Assembly: GCF_009914755.1 (NCBI RefSeq)
Contig: NC_060928.1
Direction: 5' to 3' (one strand)
Source: the human T2T-CHM13v2.0 reference genome, Homo sapiens
Length of the DNA stretch: 64,000 nt
Shown: positions 42,095 to 52,156 of the stretch, piece by piece
Layout of the letters: the number at the start of each line of letters is the position of its first letter
Position numbering within the stretch: position 1 is the first letter of the stretch
Notes under the pieces: generated by a model
Databases searched by the model: none
What the model saw: only the letters and a program-made list of their open reading frames with translations
Told to the model about the DNA's origin: nothing
Position numbers and translations under genes: made by a program

Positions 42095-42547
42095 TTTCAT
42101 GCGCGTCCGTGTAAAGAGACCACCAAACAGGCTTTGTGTGAGCAACATGGCTGTTTATTTCACCTGGGTGCAGGTAGGCTGAGTCCGAAAACAGAGTCAG
42201 CAAAGGGAGATAAGGGTGGGGCCGTTTTATAGGATTTGGGTAGGTAAAGGAAAATTACAGTCAAAGGGGGTTTGTTCTCTGGAGGGCAGGAGTGGAGGTT
42301 GCAAGGTGCTCAGTGGGGGTGATTTTTGAGCCAGGATGAGCCAGGAAAAGGACTTTCACAAGGTAATGTCATCACTTAAGGCAAGGACCGGCCATTTACA
42401 CTTCTTTTGTGGTGGAATGTCATCAGTTAAGGTGGGGCAGGGCATATTCACTTCTTTTGTGATTCTTCAGTTACTTCAGGCCATCTGGGCATATATGTGC
42501 AAGTCACAGGGGATGCGATGGCTTGGCTTGGGCTCAGAGGCCTGACA
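42095..42547 (-). mobile_element. HERV-H 3' LTR (LTR7, up-like)
   Basis: Minus strand reads TGTCAGGCCTCTGAGCCCAAGCC...GGACGCGCATGAAA. AATAAA at 42154-42159 (minus). Confidence 0.96.
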
Positions 42548-42560
42548 TTCCTGCCTTCTT
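42548..42560 (-). other. Polypurine tract
   Basis: AAGAAGGCAGGAA immediately precedes the TG of the 3' LTR on the minus strand. Confidence 0.85.
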
Positions 42561-42944
42561 ATATTAATAAGAAAAACAAAACAAAATAGTGTTGAAGTGT
42601 TGGGGCGGCGAAAATTTTTGGGGGGTGGTATCGAGAGAGAGAATGGTCGATGTTTCTCAGGGCTGCTTCAAGCGGGATTAGGGGCGGCGTGGGACCCTAG
42701 AGTGGGAGAGATTAAGCTGAAGGGAGGTCTTGCGGTAAGGGGTGATATTGTGGGGATGTTAGAAGAAACATTTGTTGTATAGAATGATTGGTGATGGCCT
42801 GGATACGGTTTTGTATGAATTGAAAAACTAAATGGAATAACAGAAGGAGAAAAACAGGTATAAAAGGTCTAAGAATTGGGACCACTTAGGATATCTGATT
42901 AGAGAGTGCTTAAGGAGATTCGGCATAGTCCTGCCAGCAAAGAT

Positions 42945-43330
42945 CAAAGAGAGGCTGGGACGAGGGGTGCAGGGGAATAGTGGAAAAAGGCATCTTTAAG
43001 ATCAAGCACGGAATAGTGAGTTGTGGAGGAGGGTATTGAGGACAAAAGAGTGTACGGGTTGGGCACCACAGGGTGGATAGGCAAAACAATTTGGTTGATA
43101 AGGCGCAGATCCTGAACTAACTTGTAAGGCTTGTCTGGTTTTAAGACAGGTGAAATGGGGGAATTGTAAGGAGAGTTTATAGGCTTTAAAAGGCAATTTT
43201 GTAGCAGGCGAGTGATAACAGGCTTTAATCTTTTTAAAGCGTGCTGCTGGATGGGATATTGGCGTTGAGTGGGGTAAGGGTGATTAGGTTTTAATGAGAT
43301 GGTAAGGGGTGCATGATCGGTCGCCAAGGA
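42945..43330 (-). pseudogene. pol: HERV-H pol remnant: N-terminal reverse transcriptase only
   Basis: QYPI...INSPYNSPISPVLKPDKPYKLVQDLRLIN...YSVLDLKDAFF, then a frameshift and truncation before the YxDD motif. Confidence 0.92.
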
Positions 43331-43511
43331 GGGAGTAGAGGTATCTTATACTTGTGGGTTAAGGTGGGGGGATACAAGAGGAGGATGCAAAGGAGGCTTT
43401 GGATTGGGAAGAAGGGTGGCAATGAGATATAGCTGTAGTCCAGGAATAGTCAGGGAAGCAGATGATTTAAAGTGTCTCAGCCTAATAAGGGAACTGGGCA
43501 GCTGGGGATAA

Positions 43512-43740
43512 CTAAAAGGAGTGCTTAAAAGAGCATTGTCTAAGTTGGCACCAGAGTTGGGGAGTTTTAAGAGGTTTAGAAGCCTGGCCGTCAATACCCA
43601 CAACAGTTATGGAGGCAAGGGAAACAGGCCCTTGAAAAGAAGGTAATGTGGAGTGGGTAGCCTCCGTATTGATTAAGAAGGGGATGGGCTTACCTTCCAC
43701 TGTGAGAGTTACCCGAAGCTCGGCGTCCGTGATGGTCTAG
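43512..43740 (-). pseudogene. pro: HERV-H protease remnant (catalytic motif degenerate)
   Basis: PFLINTEATHSTLP (NTEA in place of DTGA)...VVGIDGQ. Confidence 0.85.
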
Positions 43741-43766
43741 GGGGCTTCCGAGGCGATCAGGCAGCA

Positions 43767-44977
43767 TCAGTCTTCAGCCACTAAGCCAAGAAGATCTGGG
43801 AAGGAGTCAGTCAGAGAGCCTCGGGCCAGAGTTCCAGGGGCTCTGGCAGTGGCTGTCAGGTGAGCTGAACAGTCCGATTTCCAGTGGGGTCCCGCACAGA
43901 TGGGACACGGCTTAGGAGGAATCCTGGGCTGCAGGCATTCCTTGGCCTGGTGGTCAGATTTCTGGCACTTGTAGCAAGCTCCTGGGGGAGGAGGTTCTGG
44001 AGGAACACCTGGCCTCTGCGGTTCAGGCGTTTGGAAGTTCTTGTATGCTAGAGATGTGGCTAGGGTTTGTCTCACAGTGGAGGCGAGGAATTGCAACTTT
44101 TTTTTTTATTATTGTACACCTTGAAGGAGAGGTTAATTAAGTCCTGTTGTGGGGTTTGAAGGCCAGATTCTAATTTTTGGAGTTTTATTTAATGTCCGGG
44201 GCAGATTGGGTAATAAAATGTATATTGAGAATAAGACGGCCTTTTGACATTTTACCGTCTAGGGCTGTAAAGCATCTCAGGGTTGCTGCCGAACGAGCCA
44301 TGAACTGGGCTGGGTTTTTATATTTGATAAAAAAGAGCCTAAATGCTTCTGATTTGGGATAAAGAAAAAGGAGCATTAACCTTGACTATGCCTTTGGCTC
44401 CAGCCACCTTTTTAAGAGTAAATTGTGGGCAGGTGGGGGAGGGCTAGTCAGAGAATGAAACTGTAAGCCGGACCAGGTGTGAGGAGGGGAGGCGATAAAA
44501 AGATTACAGGGTGGAGGAGCAGAGGCTGAGGAAGAATTGGGACCTAGCTTGGCCTGGCAAGGAGGGGAGAGGTCAGATGGGTCTGTAGAAAAGGAAGATT
44601 AGAAAGACTCAGCTACGCTTGGGGTTGGGACTGAGGGGACAGGTGGGAGGGAAAGAAGGAAGATTTGGGACGAGTTGCACTGGGCACAGAGACTAGGAAG
44701 GGACTGATGTGTAAAAGAATGCCTGGACATCAGGCACCTCAGACCATTTGTCAATTTTAGGACAAGAATTATTTAGATCTTGTAGGATGGAAAAATTGAA
44801 AGTGCCATTTTCCGGCTATTTGGAACTACTGTCGAGTTTGTATTGGGGTCAAGCGGCATTGCAGAAGAAAATAAGATGCTTAGATTTTAGGTCAGATGAG
44901 AGTTGAAGAGGTTTTAAGTTCTTAAGAATATAGGCTAAGGGAGAAGAAGGAGGAATGGAAGGTGGAAGCTTGCCCAT
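43767..44977 (-). pseudogene. gag: HERV-H gag remnant
   Basis: ATG at 44977 gives MGKLPPSIPPSSPLAYILKNL..., with a stop at codon 43 (44849-44851). The C-terminal piece 43767-44096 has zinc knuckles CYKCQKSDHQAKEC and CPICAGPHWKSDC. Confidence 0.9.
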
Positions 44978-45062
44978 AGTGAAGGAGGCAAGCCCAGAGA
45001 AAAGAGCAGAGACACGGAGAAGGGGTGGGGGGTTCTTGCCCTCCAGAAAAGCAGAGAAAGGG

Positions 45063-45125
45063 TTGGGGCATGGAGATAAGGAATTGGGGCACAGAGATAA
45101 GAGGGTGGGGCACAGAAATAAGGGA
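45063..45125. repeat. 21-bp x3 tandem repeat in the HERV-H leader
   Basis: TTGGGGCATGGAGATAAGGAA / TTGGGGCACAGAGATAAGAGG / GTGGGGCACAGAAATAAGGGA. A longer AGAAAAGCGGGACTTGCCGCTAAGGGTGAAGGA duplication follows at ~45146 and ~45270. Confidence 0.85.
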
Positions 45126-45586
45126 TTGGGTGTTCTTGCCCCCTAGAAAAGCGGGACTTGCCGCTAAGGGTGAAGGAGAAGGGGTTGAGGGGTACTTGCC
45201 CCTCCCCCAGAAAAGCAGAGAAGGGGTAGAGACAAGGAGAGAAGGGGTTGGGGTACTTGCCCCTTCCTCAGAAAAGCGGGACTTGCCGCTAAGGGTGAAG
45301 GACCAAGGCAGGTGTCCCTGCTTGGTCTGACACCTTTGAAATGTGTGTGAATAATCAGAGAGGTGTCCCTGCAAGGATTAAACACCAAGGGAAGGCTGCC
45401 TTCCCAGTCCGTGACCGCCGCCGGAGTTTTGGGTCCACGGATAAAACGTGTCTCCTTTGTCTCTACCAGAAAATGAAAGGAATTGAAATTAAGAGAAGGG
45501 AGTGATTGAAGTGTGGCGCCAAGATTGAAAGGAGAAAGAGGTTGAAGGATAGTGAGGGAAGCTGGAGAAGAGAGTAAAAAGAGGCC

Positions 45587-45595
45587 GCTTACCGG
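45587..45595 (-). promoter_or_regulatory. HERV-H major splice donor
   Basis: Minus strand AAATCCG|GTAAGC, ~125 nt downstream of the PBS. The exon ends at 45593. Confidence 0.8.
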
Positions 45596-45718
45596 ATTTG
45601 AAATTGGTGAGATGTTTCTTGGGCTGGTCGGTCTGAGGACCTGAGGTCGTAGGTGGATCTTTCTCACAGAGCAAAGAGCAGGAGGACAGGGGATTGATCT
45701 CCTAAGGGAGGTCCCCCG

Positions 45719-45736
45719 ATCTGAGTCACGACACCA
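45719..45736 (-). other. Primer-binding site, tRNA-His
   Basis: TGGTGTCGTGACTCAGAT, 16/18 matches to TGGTGCCGTGACTCGGAT, 2 nt after the 5' LTR. Confidence 0.9.
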
Positions 45737-45738
45737 AA

Positions 45739-46189
45739 TTTCATGCGCGTCCCTGTGAAGAGACCACCAAACAGGCTTTGTGTGAGCAACAAGGCTGTTT
45801 ATTTCACCTGGGTGCAGGCGGGCTGAGTCCAAAGAGAGTCAGCAAAGGGAGATAGGGGTGGGGCCGTTTTATAGGATTTGGGTAGGTAAAGGAAAATTAC
45901 AGTCAAAGGGGGTTTGTTCTTTGGCGGGCAGGAGTGGGGGTCGCAAGGTACTCAGTGGGGGAGCTTTTTGAGCCAGGATGAGCCAGGAAAAGGACTTTCA
46001 CAAGGTAATGTCATCACTTAAGGCAAGGACCGGCCATTTACACTTCTTTTGTGGTGGAATATCATCAGTTAAGGTGGGGCAGGGCATATTCACTTCTTTT
46101 GTGATTCTTCAGTTACTTTGGGCCATCTGGGCGTATACATGCAAGTCACAGGGGATGCGATGGCTTGGCTTGGGCTCAGAGGCCTGACA
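45739..46189 (-). promoter_or_regulatory. HERV-H 5' LTR (LTR7, up-like) promoter
   Basis: TATA CCTATAAAA at 45867-45875, KLF/SP-type GCCCCACCCC at 45855-45864, and two SOX-type ACAAAAGA motifs at 46045-46052 and 46095-46102 (all minus strand). Confidence 0.93.
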
Positions 46190-46445
46190 GTATGCACCAT
46201 ATTTTGTTTATCCATTCATTTACCAACTGATATTTGGCTTGCTCCTACATTTTAGCTATGGTGAATAATGCTTCTATCAAACATGGTTGTACGAATATAT
46301 CTTAAATACCTTCTGTTCAATTATTTTAGATATATACCGAGAAGCAGTATTGCTGGAACATATGGTAACGAAATTTTTAAATGCTTACTTTTTGAGGAAC
46401 TGCCATACTGTTTTCCACAGTGGCATAACCACTTGACATTCTCTC

Positions 46446-47274
<829 letters not shown>

Positions 47275-47330
47275 TCAACAACAGAGTATAAGGGTTCCAA
47301 TTTTTCCACATCTTTGCCACCACTTGTTAT

Positions 47331-47613
47331 TTTCTGTTTCTGTTTGTTTGTTTGTTTTGTGAGACTGGGTCTCTCTCTGTCACCCTGTCTGGAGTGCAAT
47401 GGCATGATCTCGGCTCTCTGCAAACTTTGCCTCATGGGTTCAAGGAATTCTCCTGCCTCAGCCTCCTGAGTAGGTGGGATTACAAGTGCCCACCACCACG
47501 TTCAGCTAATTTTTGTATTTTTAGTAGAGATAGGGTTTCACCCTGTTGACCAGGCTGGTGTTGAACTCCTGACTTCAGGTGATCAGCCTGCTTTGGCCTC
47601 CCAAAGTGCTGGG
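47331..47613 (-). mobile_element. AluS SINE, 5'-truncated
   Basis: (TTTG)n tail followed by a dimer ending CCCAAAGTGCTGGG. Confidence 0.93.
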
Positions 47614-48000
47614 TATTTTTTTTTTTTAAATAGTAGCCATCCTAATGGGTGCAAAGTGGCATCTCATTATAATTTTGATTTGCATTTCCCTAATGATTAG
47701 TGAGTTTGAGCTTTTCATGTGCTTATTGGCGATTTGAATATCTCCTTTGGAGATGTGTTTATGCAAGTCCTTCACCAGTTTTTGAATTGGGTTTGCTTTT
47801 TGTTTTTGTTGAGATTTATGAATTCTCTACATATTGTGGATATTAATCACTTATTAGACACAAAACTTGAAAATGTTTTCTCCCGCTCTGTGGGTTGCTT
47901 TTTTACTTTGATGATACAGGTTTTTAATGCACATTTTAAAAAAAACTTAATGACATACCATTTGTCTACTTTTTTTGTTGTCTATGCCTTTGTTGTCACA

Positions 48001-48003
<3 letters not shown>

Positions 48004-48040
<37 letters not shown>
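48004..48040 (+). repeat. Pure A37 homopolymer inside antisense L1
   Basis: Directly visible. No SINE body upstream. Confidence 0.95.
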
Positions 48041-48042
<2 letters not shown>

Positions 48043-50770
48043 TGGCCAAATCAGTTGTCCTGAAGAGTTGCTCTATTTTCTCCTAAGTGATTTCTAGTGT
48101 TAGGTTTTAGATTTAAGTCTTTAATCCATTGTACATTAATTTTTGTTTACAGTATTAAGTGAGAATCCAACTTCATTCTTTTGCATATGAACATCCTGTT
48201 TCCTAACAGCATGTGTTTAAAAGACTGTCCTTTCCCAAAAGAATTGTACTGACACACTTGTCAAAAATGATTTGACCATATATGTGAGGGTTTATTTCTG
48301 TAATCTCTATTTTATTAAATTGATCTATATATTTCTCTTTATGCCAGTGCCACATGGTTTGTTAATATTGCTTTGTAGTAAGTTTGTGGCAAGTATGAGT
48401 CCTCCACTTTTATTTTCTTTTTCAAGATTATTTGGTATTTTGGGATCCCTTTAGATTCCATATAAATTTTACGACTTTAAAAAAATATTTTCAAAAAGCG
48501 TTATTGGGATTTTGATAGGGATCGCATTAAATCTGTAGATTGCTTTGCATAGTATTGGCATCTTAACAGTTGTATCTCTTCTGATCCATGAGCATTGAAT
48601 GTGTTTTCATATATTTATCTCTTATTCAATTTCTTCCATAAATGTTTTCTAGTTTTCATTGAAGAAGTCTTTCACTTCGTTGGTTAATTTTTGAGTATTT
48701 TATTCTTTGATGCTATTGTATATAAATCTATTTTCATAATTTATTTTTCAAGTTACTCATTGTTAGTGTATAGATATGTCAATTATTGTTGTGTTAACTT
48801 TGTATCCTGCTCTGCTGAATTCATTTATTAGTTCAAACGGTTTTTGTGTGAAATCTTTAGGAATTTCTAAATATAAGATTATATCATCTGCAAACAAACT
48901 TAATTTTATTTTTTCCAATTTAGATGCCTTTTATTTTTTTTCCTTGCTGAGTTGCCCTGACTAGAACTTCCAATACTATCTTGAATGTCAGTGGCAAAAT
49001 CAGGAATTCATGAGTATAGAGGAAAAGCTTTCAGTCTTGCACCATTTAGTATGATGTTTGCTATGAGTTTTTCACGTGCAGCATTTATTACATTGAGGTA
49101 GTTTCCATTTATTCCTAGCTTGTTGAGTGCTTTTGTCATGAAGTGGTGTTAAATTTTGTCAAATGCTTTTTCTGCATCGATTGAGATAATTATGTGGGTT
49201 TTTCCATCATTCTAGTAATGTAGTGTATTGCATTGATGAATTTGTATGCTGAAACATCTTTGCATTACAGAAATAAACCCCACTTGGTCATAGTGTAAAA
49301 TCCTTTAATATGCTGGTGAATTCAGTTTGCTAGTATTTTGTTAAGGACTTTTTTTTTTTTTTTTGCATCACTCTTTGTAAGGAATATTGGTCTGTGGCTT
49401 TCTTTCTTGCTGTGTCTTTGTCTGCCTTCAATATCAAGATAATGCAGACCTCATCAAATCAGTTTGGATGTCTTCCTTCTTCAAGTTTGAGAATTATTGA
49501 TGCTAGTTTTTTAAATGTTTGGCAGAATTACTCTGTAAAGCCATCATGTCCAGGGCTTTTCTTTGTGATGAGGTTTTGAATACCGACTCATTTTTTTCTT
49601 CTTTTTATAGATTTATTGGGGCTTTCTATTCATCTTAATAGGTTTTGTGTTTCTAGAAATTTGTCCTCTTCATCCAGGTTATTCAATTTGTTGGTATAAG
49701 TTATTCATAGCATATTATCATAATTCTTTTTATTTCTGTATGATAGATAGTAATATTCCAATTTTCATTTCTAATTTTAGTAATTTCACTCATCTCACTC
49801 TGTGTCTCTTTTTTAAAAAAATGTAATTAATTAATTAATTAATTTTAGTCCATCTGGCTAAATGTTCGCCCAATAGTTGCTATTTTCAAGGAACCAACTG
49901 TGGTTTCAGTGATATTCTCAATTTTTTTAAATTTTCTATTTTGCTTTGTCAGCTGTAATATATATTATTTCCTTTCTTCCAAGAGCCTTGGGATTAGATT
50001 GTTCTTTTTCTAGTCTCTTAAGTTGTAAAGCTAAATTGTTAATTTGACGTCTTTGTTGTTTTTTAATGTAACCATTTACATCTCCATTTTTTTCCCTTAA
50101 CACTGTCTTTGCAGCAGCCTTTAAATTTTGATATAATGTGTTTTTTGTTTTCATTCATCTCTAAGTATTTTTTAATTTCCCTTGTTATTTCTTCTTTGAT
50201 AGTTTAAGAATATGTTGTGTGATTTCTGTTAATACAAATTGGTGAATTCTCCAGTTTTACTTTGACTAATGATTTTTAACATAGTTTTGAGGTCAAAGAT
50301 GAAGCCGTGTATGTTACCTCTCTTTTAAAATGTGTTGAGACTTAATATGTGGCTCTCCATATGGTTTGTCCTGGAAAATGTCTCATGAGCATTCAGGAAA
50401 GCGAAACGTGTACGTTCAGTCTGTGTCCTTCAGATCTTGACAGTTCATTGTGTGAAGTCCTCTATTTTCTTACTTCTCTCTGGTTGTTCTATCTATTATC
50501 GACAGTGGGGTATCAAGTTGCCAACTACTGCTGTAGAACTGTCTATTTCTTCCTTTAGTTCTATCATTTTTCATTTTGTATATTTAGATGCTCTCTCATT
50601 AAGTGCCTAAGGTTTTATTATTGTTGTTACTTGTTGTATTGAACCCTTTATTAACATATAATATACTTCTTTGTCTTTTGTAACCATTTTTTGCTTTTGG
50701 CAAAGTCAGTGTGTTTTATTTGATATTGGTATAGTTACCCTGCTCTCTTTTGGTTAGTAATAATATAACA

Positions 50771-50865
50771 CACTGAAACCTCCACCTCCTGGGCTCAAAA
50801 AATTCTCATGCCTCAGCTATCCAAGTAGCTGGCATTACAGGTGTGCGCCACCACCCCAAGTTAAT
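50771..50865 (-). mobile_element. Internal Alu right-arm fragment with no head or tail
   Basis: CACTGAAACCTCCACCTCCTGGGCTCAA...GTGCGCCACCACCCCAAGTTAAT, flanked by AT-rich filler. Confidence 0.85.
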
Positions 50866-50976
50866 GTAATGTAATACCTTTTTCTATCCTTTTGCATTGA
50901 ATCATTGTGTCTTTAGATCTAAAGTGAGTCTTATAGACAGCATATAGTTGGATCATATTATGTTATCCATTCTGCT

Positions 50977-51335
<359 letters not shown>

Positions 51336-51595
51336 TAACATTCTAGAGTTATCACTCTATCTCAAATGTATACAAGCTTAACTTCAATGACATACAACAA
51401 CTTTGGTCTTTTGTCTGGTCTGCTCTGTCCCCCACCTTTTCAGTTGTTGATGTCACCCAAAACATAAACTAAGAATAGTTTTAAATGCATAAGTCACTTA
51501 AATTATGTAGAAAACAAAATATGGAGTTAAAATTTATAATCCTACTAGAATTTAGAGTACTTATTTTTTTAAAGTATTCATTTTTTTTTTTAAAT

Positions 51596-51883
51596 CTTTT
51601 ATTTTGAGACAGAGTCTCACTACGTTGCCCAGGCTGGAGTGAAGTGGCATGATATCGGCTCACTGCAACCTCTGCCTCCTAGGTCAAGCAATTATCGTGC
51701 CATGGCCTCCTAAGTAGCTGGGATTACAGGCACCCGCCACCACGCCCAGCTAATTTTTGCATTTTTAGTAGAAATGGGGTTTTGCCATGTTGCCCAGGCT
51801 CGTCACTAACCCCCTTCTCAAGTGACCTGCCTGCCCCAGCCTCCCAAAATGCTGGGATTATGGGTGTGAGCCACTGCACCCAT
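51596..51883 (-). mobile_element. AluS/J SINE
   Basis: T-rich tail followed by a full, diverged dimer. Confidence 0.92.
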
Positions 51884-52156
51884 CTGTATCAGTCTTTTAA
51901 ATCATGTAGAAAACAAGAAGTGATGTTACAAACTATTGTTAAAATAATGTTGCTTTTATATTTGCCCATGTATTTACCTCTATTGAAATTTTTCACTTCT
52001 TTTTATGGCTTCTAGTCACTCTCTAGTGTCCTTTAATTTTATCCTGCAGGACTCTCTTAAGCATTCCTCTCGGGGAAGGCCTGGTAGTAACAAATGGCCT
52101 CAGCTTTTGCTTATCTGGAAATGTCTTAATATCTTTTTTACCTATGAAGGGCACAG

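Larger units (their letters stand above)
45164..45832 (-). other. Open 222-codon ESRG-like reading frame in R/U5/leader (TTG start, no AUG)
   Basis: DSARLHPGEINSLVAHTKPVWWSLH...IWCRDSDRGTSL...ASTPQPLLLHP matches my recollection of the ESRG/HESRG predicted protein. The first codon is TTG and the frame has no Met. Confidence 0.6.
42095..46189 (-). mobile_element. HERV-H provirus, internally deleted (4,095 bp)
   Basis: Two ~452-bp direct LTRs, 5-bp TSD GTATG (42090-42094 and 46190-46194), tRNA-His PBS, PPT, and gag, pro and RT remnants. Confidence 0.97.

Noticed and set aside
42336-46187. Twin 69-aa plus-strand ORFs MSQEKDFHKVMSSLK... (42336-42545 and 45978-46187)
   Set aside because: They are duplicated only because they lie antisense within the two LTRs, so they are not independent evidence of coding function.
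42095-46189. Identifying this provirus as the ESRG locus itself, or as replication-competent
   Set aside because: It lacks the ESRG AUG and differs from the recalled ESRG peptide. Gag is stopped at codon 43, the protease motif is degenerate, and most of pol and env are deleted.
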